NCBI GenBank assembly: GCA_021836035.1
Contig: JAKBJL010000004.1
Span: 67,841-131,840 of the forward strand
Direction: 5' to 3'
DNA length: 64,000 bases
From: a bacterium
Lineage (GTDB): Bacteria; Patescibacteriota; Microgenomatia; JAMCZE01
Shown: piece after piece, positions 20,359 through 29,788 of the stretch
How the letters are laid out: every line of letters begins with the position of its first letter
Numbering within the stretch: the first letter of the stretch is position 1
Translations under genes and position numbers: made by a program
Notes under the pieces: generated by a model
What the model saw: only the letters and a program-made list of their open reading frames with translations
Database searches by the model: none
Told to the model about the DNA's origin: nothing

Positions 20359-21148
20359 GAGAAGACCAAATGGGTTTCAAACATACGAATAAATCGGTAT
20401 GTTGGGCTAACAGTAGCGATCGTGAACCACGGATATCCCCAAAACCATTCCAAAGGGAATATTAAATAATAAAAGGGCTAGGTTTGGCACAAATTCGACA
20501 GGCCTCCGATAAAAAGGAAAAAGATTCGGGCTGTTTTTTTAAGTCCTTAGAGGAAGACAACCAACACGGCAAACGTTGCTTCGGCAATTGAATTGTCCCG
20601 GACCCCCGTTTACTCTAATGGCCACAAACCGTTTGGCCCAGACGGGGTTCTTTACCAGTAAATTCTTGAGGTTTTAGCCGTTAACCCCGGGTATGGCATT
20701 AGAAGAATTGCCCCGGATCCGGGCCCGGGAAATGGACGAGCCAGACAGGTATAGAAAAAGTACCACCTTAAACACTGCAAAAGCTTGGCCAGATGGCGAA
20801 AAAGACGGAATGAAAGACGGCCACCCCAAGAGTTTGCCAACCTCATCAAAAATAGCCAACCCGCAAGACGGGTCTAGTTTATCTCGGATTTTATCTAACA
20901 GATATATAAAGATAGATACTTGTATTAGGCAACTCTTATGGACCCGTTTACCCGAGAAATTGTAGTCTGGAATGTTTCTGGTAAACAGGCTACCGAACTA
21001 GTCGGTAACGCTTTAATTGATGCCTTAATAACCACGGGCCATCTTCCAAAAACAGTTCCCTAATCGTTCCTTCTGGCCGGGGGTAGAATACACAAATTTA
21101 GGGTTTGTTAACTTAACAAGTTCACTAAAGTAATTGTATCCCGGCGGT

Positions 21149-21275
21149 GCCTTAACCCCTCCGGGCTAAACCGCTTCATAAAATTCTTATATCCCAGAAA
21201 GCAGAAGAAGTCAACCGGGTCGAAGTATGGCAAAGGAATCCCCTTCTAGGGCACCATCTCGCTCCAGGAGTAGAG
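21149..21275. repeat. Copy 1 of a ~127-bp direct repeat with a 113-bp perfect core. It overlaps the last 10 codons of the 909-aa gene and a 23-codon remnant of a lipoprotein N-terminus.
   Basis: Direct comparison with 24818..24944. Identical from gggctaaaccgcttcat... to ...gctccaggagtagag. Confidence 0.85.
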
Positions 21276-23975
21276 GGGGTGCGTCATCTCCGCAGGAGCG
21301 TTTAAAATTAAAGAGGGGTCAAAGGTAAAGACTTCGGAGGGCTGGTTTTTGTTTAAGTTCCCCATATCTCTTTGTAGGAGAAAATTATGGGCGATAAAAA
21401 TCCCTCGGGCCAGAAATTTTTGGGCTCCGGCCCCGCCGTCTGCTGAGCCGGTATCAAAGGTTCCACCGGCAATAAAAACTCCGTCTAAGAGCGGATTGTT
21501 ACCGTTACTTGCTCCGGCGGGTATCAAAATATTGTTCTTGACGATAAAGGCGACAAACGGGGCATTGTTGTCACGGGAAATCCGGGTACTTGACGGGGAC
21601 GGGTTGGAAAGAATTAAGTTGCCGTCTACCAGGAAAATATGCCAATTGCCGGCTCCCTTAAAATCCTGAGCGGCGCTCAAATTCATATCAGTGTCGGCTG
21701 GCGTCCGGTAGATTCCGGAGGATAAACCATCCAAATCTCCGGGAGAGTTCACGGTTCCGCTTATCGGCGTTGCCTGGTTCCAGAAGAGTTGCCGCCAATA
21801 ACTATAGTCGGCAAAGCGTCCGGCTTCCCCGGTACTGCTGTCGGTCTTAACCTGGTATTTAGCGGTGCTTAACTCCCCGCCCCGGTCCCAAAGATTAATT
21901 GTCGGCGTTGCCCCGGAACCGACATTGGTAGAAACGATTGCGGAATGATTTGGCGGATTGTTGCCTAAATCCAGAAGCTTCGAGTTATCCGGCAGACGGC
22001 TCCTAATGTTACTCTGGGCAAAAATATCACCGTAGACGCTTTTGTCGGTAGAAGAGCCGGTTTGCCACCAGGGCCCAAAGTCCTGGACAGGTATCGATAC
22101 GGAGTCTTCGGTGCACGGTGATATAGTATTATGATCAAGTCCCAAGATCTGAGGAAAGTCGGTTACCTTACCGGAGACAGTAAGAATTGCAGTTCCGGGG
22201 CTCCCGGCGGTGATCGTCTGGTTGCTGACGCTGGTAGTCGCAAAAGAAGTAGGCGCCGGAGTCGGAATTGTTACGGGTCGGCTACTATCATAGGTAACAC
22301 TAGCGTTTGTGCCGCTACCATAGATGCCGGGGTTAACGCTAGCCAAGGTTTCGACGGTCAGATCGTCCCCGGTAATAATGCTGTTGGAATCGCCTGAGCC
22401 GCCGGAAACGTTAAGAGTAAAACCGCAGCTAATCGACGGGATCGTAACCCCGACCGGAGCGGTACAAGGACAGGTAATATTACTCCCGTCTAGCCCCTGG
22501 ACGGGAATACTACCCAGAATATTACCGCTTCCTACAGCCTCGGCGTAAACGTTAGCGGAATAAGACGGCGAAGAGCCGGGGGGAGAAATAGAAACCAAAA
22601 CGTATCCGTCAGAAGCCCGGGTAGGAGCCACATAGCTAACCGGTACCGTCGTATAACCGTTGGTAGGATTTCCGGTAACGGAAATTACTCCCTGGTTAGA
22701 CGACGGAGTTCCCCCCAATAGCAAACTGCTGGGATTTACAGCGCAGGCTAGGTTCCCGCAGGTGGGAGGAGGATAAATAACATTTACGGTAGCGGTATCC
22801 CGGCAGGTTGTATTCCCGTCACTCATCGTTCCCACAGCAGTAATAATGGCCGTGCCCGCCATATTCCCGGCAGTAACTCTGGTTATGTAAGGAGCATAAC
22901 TATCACGGCTGGGATTAACGGTCGTCGCGGCAGTATTGGTGTTAGAGGAAAAATCAACATAAGAAATAATGGCATTGTTGGCGGTATAGCTGGCGGTAAG
23001 GTTAACCGTACCGTTGGTGTAAATAGTATTGGTAGCAGGAAGAAGGTCTAAAGTACAACTGGGCGGCGGCGGCACATTAAGGATACAGGTATTGCCGCAT
23101 TGGTAAAGGAAGCTACCGGTACAGCTGTAAAGATTAGCAGCCACCCGGTGGGTACCTGGGGTATAACTGGCGTTAGCTGAAGACCAGGTGATAGTGGAGG
23201 CATAAGGGGATACTCCTCCTCCGTTGGCACTGCCGATCTTTTCCCAGGTAGTATAGCCTCCGCTGGCATTGGTATTAACATAAGTATCGACTCCGTAAAT
23301 TCCACCTCCGCTGCCGTTAGCATTGGTAACAACACTAATCGCATTCGGTGTAGTTCCCGGATTAGGGTTGCAGGAAATAGAACAACTAGGCATAGGCTGT
23401 GCACCGCAAGTAACTTTTTTCTCAGAACCGTCATAAAAAACCCAGGCATGGAGAACGTCATCATAATAGTAAAACTGGGTCAGGTAGATACTAAGCCCGG
23501 TAGGGTTGGGGTAAAAGTAGTAGTCAAAGTTTCCCGAACCGTTGGTAATAGTAATATTCTTTACATCCGTCAGATTGTTATTGGTGCGCACACTAATCTG
23601 CACAGTGTTATTGTTATGTCCTCCCTGGGGGTTGATATAAATTGTTCCCCAGGCATGCATCAGTCCGCAGGTCGTGCAGGAAACCGCATATGTCACGCCA
23701 CCAAACCAAGGTTGGCTACCCCCAGAGGTAGCACATCCCGTCGGAAGACAACCAGTCTCAGGGTTATTGGGATCTACGTGGCATTTCTCATAACCCTGAA
23801 AATCACAGTTTACGCCACAACAGGGAGAAACATCAGTTGTACCCCCGTTAGAACAGGTACAGGTAGAACCTAGACCGTTGTTACATGAGCAGCTCGCCTG
23901 AACCGGTTCCGTCTTAAAAGAAAAAAAGACCAGGGCAAAAACCAACAACAACCAAAAACGCCCAAACCGTCCCAT
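21246..23975 (-). CDS. Large secreted surface protein (909 aa) with a Cys-rich N-terminus and a Ser/Thr/Gly/Asn-rich body.
   Basis: Signal peptide, then a CxC-rich segment (ASCSCNNGLGSTCTCSNGG...CCGVNCDF). Very low complexity with an S/T/G/N bias. No enzymatic motifs. Confidence 0.55.
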   Translation of the reverse strand: MGRFGRFWLLLVFALVFFSFKTEPVQASCSCNNGLGSTCTCSNGGTTDVSPCCGVNCDFQGYEKCHVDPNNPETGCLPTGCATSGGSQPWFGGVTYAVSCTTCGLMHAWGTIYINPQGGHNNNTVQISVRTNNNLTDVKNITITNGSGNFDYYFYPNPTGLSIYLTQFYYYDDVLHAWVFYDGSEKKVTCGAQPMPSCSISCNPNPGTTPNAISVVTNANGSGGGIYGVDTYVNTNASGGYTTWEKIGSANGGGVSPYASTITWSSANASYTPGTHRVAANLYSCTGSFLYQCGNTCILNVPPPPSCTLDLLPATNTIYTNGTVNLTASYTANNAIISYVDFSSNTNTAATTVNPSRDSYAPYITRVTAGNMAGTAIITAVGTMSDGNTTCRDTATVNVIYPPPTCGNLACAVNPSSLLLGGTPSSNQGVISVTGNPTNGYTTVPVSYVAPTRASDGYVLVSISPPGSSPSYSANVYAEAVGSGNILGSIPVQGLDGSNITCPCTAPVGVTIPSISCGFTLNVSGGSGDSNSIITGDDLTVETLASVNPGIYGSGTNASVTYDSSRPVTIPTPAPTSFATTSVSNQTITAGSPGTAILTVSGKVTDFPQILGLDHNTISPCTEDSVSIPVQDFGPWWQTGSSTDKSVYGDIFAQSNIRSRLPDNSKLLDLGNNPPNHSAIVSTNVGSGATPTINLWDRGGELSTAKYQVKTDSSTGEAGRFADYSYWRQLFWNQATPISGTVNSPGDLDGLSSGIYRTPADTDMNLSAAQDFKGAGNWHIFLVDGNLILSNPSPSSTRISRDNNAPFVAFIVKNNILIPAGASNGNNPLLDGVFIAGGTFDTGSADGGAGAQKFLARGIFIAHNFLLQRDMGNLNKNQPSEVFTFDPSLILNAPAEMTHPLYSWSEMVP

Positions 23976-24023
23976 TAATTAAATCTAGCAGGCCATAGAG
24001 TTTCCCGCAAGAGGGATCGGGAT

Positions 24024-24848
24024 CTAGTCCAGAAGAAAACCGATTTCATTGATATGGCGGTACTGACCAGCACCGGTCGACGGAACACCGACGGGGAAAG
24101 AAGTGTCAACGATGATCAGGTCGCCGGAATGGAAATAGTGATTAACCATGTCAACCGTTTCGTCTGCAGAAACCGCCTCTACTCCCGGAACAAAATTTGG
24201 GATTTTCCAGTTCTCCCCGTTCGGTCCGTAAATTTTTGTCCAGGTCGAAACCAGGGAATTAAACATTTTAACCGAATTCTGTCTGTCAACATGCAAATCA
24301 AAAGTGACCGGATCATCCAAATTATTGTCGCGGGTAATATCAATCAGAAAACGCGCCACTCCCGGGGTGGCTTTTTTAATGCCCATAAACTTCCCCACAA
24401 TAGCGTGGTATTCCCCCGTCTTACCCCATTCTTGCCAGTTAACATTTCTTTCCGCCTTGGAAAATACTCCCTTAATTTCCGGCCAAAGACGGCGTGTAGG
24501 TTCAGGAGTATAAGTCCTTGTTGCCGCCGGGGTGGAGGTTTTTGTAGGTGTACTGGTTTTCGTCGGGAAAAGGGTCGCGGTCTCCGTCGGAGTTATCGCC
24601 ACAGTCGCTATCGGTTCGGGTGTTGCCGATGGAGCCGGCCGGGATCTGACCGGGGTCGGAGCAAAAGTTGCAGTTACCTCCGCCGTTTCGCTTGCCGTAG
24701 GAGTCCCAAATCCCCCTGTCACCGCGGGAACGGGCACCATGATGTTTTGCTCCTGTGTCTGACAGCCAACCGATAAACCCAATAACACCAGGAAAGTAAT
24801 TTTATCCCCTTGATACCGCCTTAACCTCTCAGGGCTAAACCGCTTCAT
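24024..24848 (-). CDS. Lipoprotein with a Thr/Pro-rich linker and a C-terminal domain of unknown function. The ATG at 24848 is preferred over the TTG at 24902.
   Basis: MKRFSPERL...LVLLGLSVGC lipobox, then a TPT-rich linker and a ~170-aa globular domain. Confidence 0.5.
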   Translation of the reverse strand: MKRFSPERLRRYQGDKITFLVLLGLSVGCQTQEQNIMVPVPAVTGGFGTPTASETAEVTATFAPTPVRSRPAPSATPEPIATVAITPTETATLFPTKTSTPTKTSTPAATRTYTPEPTRRLWPEIKGVFSKAERNVNWQEWGKTGEYHAIVGKFMGIKKATPGVARFLIDITRDNNLDDPVTFDLHVDRQNSVKMFNSLVSTWTKIYGPNGENWKIPNFVPGVEAVSADETVDMVNHYFHSGDLIIVDTSFPVGVPSTGAGQYRHINEIGFLLD

Positions 24849-24944
24849 AAAATTCTTATATCCCAGAAAGCAGAAGAAGTCAACCGGGTCGAAGTATGGC
24901 AAAGGAATCCCCTTCTAGGGCACCATCTCGCTCCAGGAGTAGAG
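24818..24944. repeat. Copy 2 of the ~127-bp direct repeat. Here it forms the 5' leader and first codons of the lipoprotein gene.
   Basis: See copy 1. 113-bp identical core. Confidence 0.85.
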
Positions 24945-25346
24945 AAAGTATATAATCTTTGTCAAGAGGGTATATATTTACGGGTTTCAAAGAAGATCTT
25001 GCTATAATATTTAAGGAGGCACCGGAAAAACAAGGCCTTACCCAAAAAGCAGTGGCTTAAAAGGCTAAAGTCTCGGTCAACTAAATTGCCCAGTTAGAAA
25101 GGGAAAACCCGGTGGCAGGAGGTGGGGTTTTAAATCAAATTGCTAAGCGTTAGGAGTCGGAATCAAACTTTTGCCTGAGAATTAAAAAGGTTTCGTATAG
25201 TAATAGTAAGCTCTGTAATACGTGACGCACCCACCAATAATTCATTTCGCTTATTGTTGATTTCGTTTTTGTCCTGGTAGGCAAAAATAATCTTGTAAAT
25301 CCAGAGTATAAAGTGTTTAAAGAAAAATGCATCAGGGGCACTTTTT

Positions 25347-25418
25347 CGGAGTGTGGCGCAGCGGTAGCGCGCACGGTTTGGGACCGTGAGGCCGTGAGTT
25401 CAAATCTCACCACTCCGA
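25347..25418 (+). tRNA. tRNA-Pro (anticodon TGG).
   Basis: CGGAGTGTGGCGCAGCGGTAGCGCGCACGGTTTGGGACCGTG...GTGAGTTCAAATCTCACCACTCCGA. Confidence 0.85.
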
Positions 25419-25431
25419 CTAATTATTAACC

Positions 25432-26247
25432 TCAACGCAAGGTGTTTACCCAAAAGCGATGCATGTTCTGCAACACATGGGTGGTTTCGCGGTTGTTAGC
25501 TTCCGGATGGCCGTTGAACTGGCAATAACTTTTAATATTTTTCACTTTTAACGGCTCTGAAAAATGTACTTTGCCTTTGGGAAGCAGTGGACCAATGCTT
25601 TCGCCTATTCCGGGGGTGAAGGCTAAAATGGTTAAAGGGGAATCATTGATATGGCTAAATACAATCATCCAATCATTATCCATATTATTAACCAGTTCAC
25701 CGATACGCCTATTCCAGCGATCTTGGGGATGATAACCCCCGTCCGGAGTGATAGCGACAACCTTTCCCTCTTTAAGCTTTTCTAGCGCTTCTTCATAAGC
25801 TTGAGCGTTTAATTCAACACGTTTCCTAAAATTCGGAGACGAATTTTCCAGATATTTGCGTGTAAATAGCCTTATTGCTTTTGACTTTAAGTCGGGAGCT
25901 TTTTGGTGACTGACACCATGGATATAAATCAGATTTTCCAATTTAACGTTACCCGTCCAGAAGTTCCAGGCGGTGCGATCCACTAAAATTACCGTATCTT
26001 TACGTGGTACGGATGCTAACAGATAAAGAGCTCCTGGATAATGGCCGGTATGGTGACAGATAAGAACGACTTGACCGTCTTCGAATGCTCTCTCCGTTTC
26101 TCTGGGGCAAGAGATTTGCGGTAAAACAGAACATCTATTTAGCTCCGACCAGAGAGACCCGGGAATATTTCCGGACTCTAAAAGAGATTCACGGACACGA
26201 CGGACGGAAGGAACCGCACCAGCAATATTTTCTATTATGCGCTTCAT
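25432..26247 (-). CDS. Hypothetical protein, possibly a lipid acyltransferase-like (LPLAT-type) enzyme.
   Basis: 271 aa. ICHHTGHYPGALYLLA and VVAITPDGGYHPQD loosely resemble acyltransferase H-box and DQ regions. Weak. Confidence 0.3.
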   Translation of the reverse strand: MKRIIENIAGAVPSVRRVRESLLESGNIPGSLWSELNRCSVLPQISCPRETERAFEDGQVVLICHHTGHYPGALYLLASVPRKDTVILVDRTAWNFWTGNVKLENLIYIHGVSHQKAPDLKSKAIRLFTRKYLENSSPNFRKRVELNAQAYEEALEKLKEGKVVAITPDGGYHPQDRWNRRIGELVNNMDNDWMIVFSHINDSPLTILAFTPGIGESIGPLLPKGKVHFSEPLKVKNIKSYCQFNGHPEANNRETTHVLQNMHRFWVNTLR

Positions 26248-26283
26248 TTAGTACCCCCGGGGCAAGTCGAACGCCCAGCCTAT

Positions 26284-26357
26284 CCCGCAATTAGCGCTCC
26301 CAGCAGGACTCGAACCTGCAACCTTATCGTTAGAACCGATTTGCTCTATCCGATTGA
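26284..26357 (-). tRNA. tRNA-Arg (anticodon TCT).
   Basis: Reverse complement GCTCCCATAGCTCAATCGGATAGAGC..GTTCTAA..GGTTGCAGGTTCGAGTCCTGCTGGGAGCG. There is one A-A mismatch at the top of the anticodon stem. Confidence 0.7.
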
Positions 26358-26552
26358 GCTATGGGAGCTCATCCAATATTAACTTTTAAGAACAAATTAC
26401 TCTTATCCCCCAACCCGAATACTGCTCGTGCGCAATCCGCCAAGGACGGACTATCCATTGAACTACCGTTCAATCTATTTCTATTATACCGAAATTGATT
26501 CATTTGCGTATACTTTGAAATATTGTAAGTAAGGGAGTGTTCAGTTAATTTC

Positions 26553-27500
26553 TTGTTGCTGCCCTGCAAAATGCAGGAAAGATTAAAGTTTAATATTACC
26601 AGGGAGCAGTTTGTTGAATATGCTCGTATAGCCGCCAATTTTGACACATGTCTAACAGATTACACTCCGAAATGGAATTACCTTGATCCCCTTGCGGATC
26701 ACTGCGCAATCGCAACCTGCGCCGCGCAGGATATTTTCGGTGGAGATTTATATAGGTTTTCATTAGAAGGGCATGAGGGATTTCGTAAAGGCGATTCGCA
26801 CTATAAATTAATTCATCCGCTTGATAATCCAGATAAGCCCTTTGATCCTACTTTTGAACAGTTTCATGGTCATTACCCCTGGGGTTTAGAAAAAACGGCT
26901 GTTATTCGCGAACGGTCGTACACTCTAAATCCGATTCGTTATCCCGATTCCGTAAGAAGATATAAATTATTTTCTTTACGCTTAGCCAATGTACGCGTCG
27001 AAGGAAATCCTCTTTTTTTGGATACCAGATATCAGGAATGTTTTTTCCAGGCTTTAGATTCTCCTTGTAAAAAGATGCGCTTTGGGTGTAAGGCCATGAG
27101 GGATGGCGAGTTTGTGGCGGGTGAAGCAAATTTTACATTATTGGAACCGGAAAAACGTAACGAATGCAAAGATTGGTGTGTACGTTTGAACATCAGATCA
27201 CGTACCAAGCAACAATTAGGTGCCTGCGGCCATGCTGAGCGGTGGACATGGAAAAGCTTACTTAGAGAGGAAATTGATCCGCACGATTGCGAACTTTTCG
27301 TAGTGGGAATTTATGGCCTGGGAAATGGTTTGCCTTACATTAAAGAAAAAGCACAATTTTCCTGTCCTCAATGTGCGAAACAAATTACGGAAGCAGGCTT
27401 TAAGGCGGTTAACATGCCGGTAGTAAATCGTTGGGTAAGAGTGCCAACATGCGAAATCATGGACCAAGCAAACGAATACATCAAGGAATTAGGTTCCTAG
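26553..27500 (+). CDS. Protein with a C-terminal cytidine/dCMP-deaminase-like zinc-binding domain and a ~220-aa N-terminal region of unknown function.
   Basis: GACGHAERW (H-A-E) followed ~35 aa later by SCPQCAKQITEAGF (PCxxC) gives the CDA-fold zinc triad. The N-terminal part has no recognisable motif. The likely start is the ATG at ~26571. Confidence 0.5.
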   Translation: MLLPCKMQERLKFNITREQFVEYARIAANFDTCLTDYTPKWNYLDPLADHCAIATCAAQDIFGGDLYRFSLEGHEGFRKGDSHYKLIHPLDNPDKPFDPTFEQFHGHYPWGLEKTAVIRERSYTLNPIRYPDSVRRYKLFSLRLANVRVEGNPLFLDTRYQECFFQALDSPCKKMRFGCKAMRDGEFVAGEANFTLLEPEKRNECKDWCVRLNIRSRTKQQLGACGHAERWTWKSLLREEIDPHDCELFVVGIYGLGNGLPYIKEKAQFSCPQCAKQITEAGFKAVNMPVVNRWVRVPTCEIMDQANEYIKELGS

Positions 27501-27517
27501 TTATTTAAGGATATTTA

Positions 27518-27784
27518 TTATTGAGAAGTATCTGTTTTTGGGCGTGCTATATTTACCACAAGCTTCCTTCCTTCAAGGTCCGTTCCGTTTAAAGCTTCCA
27601 TCGCCTTACGGGCATCAGCCTCATTAGCAAAAGTAACAAATCCGAACCCCTTTGACCTCCCGGTAGCCCTATCGGAAATTACGGCGACATCGGTGATTTG
27701 TCCATACTGGGAAAACAAATTCCTGAGCGTATCATTGGTATAAGCCCAGGGAAAACCTGCTACAAATAATTTATTTTTGTCCAT
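27518..27784 (-). CDS. RRM-type RNA-binding protein.
   Basis: RNP-2 LFVAGF and RNP-1 KGFGFVTF motifs. 88 aa. Confidence 0.85.
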   Translation of the reverse strand: MDKNKLFVAGFPWAYTNDTLRNLFSQYGQITDVAVISDRATGRSKGFGFVTFANEADARKAMEALNGTDLEGRKLVVNIARPKTDTSQ

Positions 27785-28201
27785 CTTCTAGAGATTACCT
27801 TTTCTATTACTGAATATTGTATCGCTATTAAAATAAAAATGTAAGAACAATATGTCTTTTAGGGCGCGTTACCACTTGCGCGAAATGAGCGGGAGACGCA
27901 AATTATTTTGAACTCCTCCTCGATAAAATCCTCATACATTTTAACAAGTTAATGGAGACGTATCAATCATTGGAGCGGGAATAATAATTTGGGAATACGT
28001 TTTTACAAACCATGCCGGTTATCGAAAGTGATGAAAGAAAAACTATTAACCGCAGGTGGGAGCCAATAACTCTCGCTTACGATATTTTTGTAGTCCATTA
28101 TCAGCTTATCCTGATGTAAATTGTGCTTGCTTTGGATTTAGGTTTTATATAGAATTGTCCAAATAGTATGATATATAAGGATAATTAAGAGATATATTAA
28201 T

Positions 28202-29278
28202 ATGGGTTATGCATACCATGAATTAATATTGCCAGCAATTGTATTTGAACATCCTGGGAAAAATAAGGAAGAATTGGCAAAGCTACGTGATAGCGTACCA
28301 GAGCCTCCGTTAATTTTCAGGGAAGAAGACCCTTGGAATAAAAGCTGTAATTCCCCTTTTCCTAAAGGGTTTGAGAGGTTAGCACGAGAATTGCGCCTTA
28401 ATCTCTCTCCTCAAACTGAAGAATCAATATTAGATAGTAACGGTATTCCAATCGAACCCGCAGAACCTTATTTTGAAATTGATGATAAGGAAAATCCTTA
28501 TAAAGTATATGTAAATATTTTTAACAAACCCAAGGAAACAAGGCGACTACATGTTGGACTTCTCCCTGGAGAGCGAGAATTTAAAACAGGAGAATTTTTA
28601 AGAAAAAACTGGTTAGATTGGGAAGATCCTTTCGGGCAAGATTATAGTGGAATTTTAATAAAAGACATTGTTAAAAAACTGGAAGTAAGTCGTGGCAGGA
28701 ATAGAAAAGATTTTTGGGCTTGGAATCCAGATTTTAAAAAAGGGTATATCGATTATGAAATTATAGGAACGCTTATCGAACGGTGGTTTTACGAAGAAAA
28801 TTTCCCATCAGAAGAAGAAATGTATTTTGAGTGGCCGGAACTCAGACCCGAAGTGAGGTTCGATTTTAACCAAAGCGAAGGACATTTTGACGTTCTTTAT
28901 AATGCCTTCGACTACGTTTGGGTCAAGAAAGACGGTAAATATTATATAGATGATATAACTTTCCAGAGAATACCGGTAAGTTTACTTTCCAGAAAATGGG
29001 AAGAAAGATCCCCCGGAGATTATTTTCCGGATGAAGCCTATGGTTACGGCTATACAGATTTAATACTTACAACCGAAGCAATAAGAAATAAGGCCTGGAA
29101 AGTATTCTCATATAGAGGAAAAGACGGTTTAGAGAAATTCCTTCAGGATTTCCCGGAATCCAGAGCCCGATATGAAAAAGCAGTAATTGATGCTGAAACG
29201 TCTTTGAATGCTAAACAGCGCGGATTAACAGTAACTGAATTTTTAAGGATGAGAATAAGAGCAGATGTGCTTGCTTAA
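28202..29278 (+). CDS. Hypothetical protein (358 aa) in an AT-rich islet.
   Basis: Long ORF with acidic/aromatic-rich composition and no recognisable domain. Flanked by 415-bp and ~500-bp AT-rich non-coding DNA. Confidence 0.45.
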   Translation: MGYAYHELILPAIVFEHPGKNKEELAKLRDSVPEPPLIFREEDPWNKSCNSPFPKGFERLARELRLNLSPQTEESILDSNGIPIEPAEPYFEIDDKENPYKVYVNIFNKPKETRRLHVGLLPGEREFKTGEFLRKNWLDWEDPFGQDYSGILIKDIVKKLEVSRGRNRKDFWAWNPDFKKGYIDYEIIGTLIERWFYEENFPSEEEMYFEWPELRPEVRFDFNQSEGHFDVLYNAFDYVWVKKDGKYYIDDITFQRIPVSLLSRKWEERSPGDYFPDEAYGYGYTDLILTTEAIRNKAWKVFSYRGKDGLEKFLQDFPESRARYEKAVIDAETSLNAKQRGLTVTEFLRMRIRADVLA

Positions 29279-29639
29279 AATATATTTTCTGTTGACTATA
29301 TTAACCGAATTTTGCGGAGAAAATTAAAGAGCTACTTTATGAAGCACGTTCTTGTTTAAGAATATTTACTGAATATCTTCAACTAAGACAATGTAGAAAG
29401 TAAAATCTTCAGTTTTTACTTATATGCTTCTTAACGAAATTATTAAGATAATATTTCGCCATTATGTAGTAAAAGTTATTATTATGTGCGAAAAGCTATA
29501 TTAATCGATTGATGAAAATGTTCAAAGCCCGTTTCTTTGAATCCAGATTTGAGACAAATCAATTTCAGACGAAACTTTAATATTATTTATGTAAACTAGC
29601 CCGTTGTATCAATACATTCATGCCTTTTTGGTACAACCT

Positions 29640-29788
29640 GTCCCGTCTGGAGCTGGTGACGATACTCAGCTCGAACCTCTTCCCACTTTAGTTATTCGAG
29701 AACATTTTCCGTCTTATAACTCCTGACCTCATTTTAAAACTTAATTTGTTAAAAATTCGAATGGATATTCCAAGTTTTAAGAATTACC
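29640..29788. repeat. Copy A of a ~150-bp paralogous non-coding repeat containing a tRNA-Gly(TCC) 3'-end-like segment.
   Basis: About 75-80 percent identical to 30395..30546. Blocks shared with copy B include ggagctgg.gacg.tactcagctcg.acct and tcttataactcctga.ct.attttaaaact. Confidence 0.55.

Noticed and set aside
20268-20453. 61-aa minus-strand ORF.
   Set aside because: It lies entirely over tRNA-Leu(TAA) and tRNA-Gly(GCC).
20693-20965. 90-aa plus-strand ORF and overlapping minus-strand ORFs (20652..20849, 20674..20859).
   Set aside because: The ORFs overlap each other on both strands and have no motifs. They lie in a GC-rich hairpin-rich stretch and are probably not coding.
20360-21120. 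An RNase P RNA or tmRNA gene in the ORF-free segment.
   Set aside because: I searched both strands by eye for the P4/CR-I/CR-V cores, the GGTGCGGTAAGAGCGCACC block, a tRNA-like 3' end with CCA and an ANDxxYALAA tag frame. None was found. It is left as an unassigned structured region.
24849-24902. N-terminal extension MPYFDPVDFFCFLGYKNF of the lipoprotein ORF, starting at a TTG at 24902.
   Set aside because: The TTG lies inside the 127-bp repeat. A downstream ATG gives a canonical lipoprotein signal peptide with lipobox. The ORF track evidently permits TTG/GTG starts.
25150-25413. 87-aa minus-strand ORF.
   Set aside because: It overlaps tRNA-Pro(TGG) and its upstream region and shows no coding signal.
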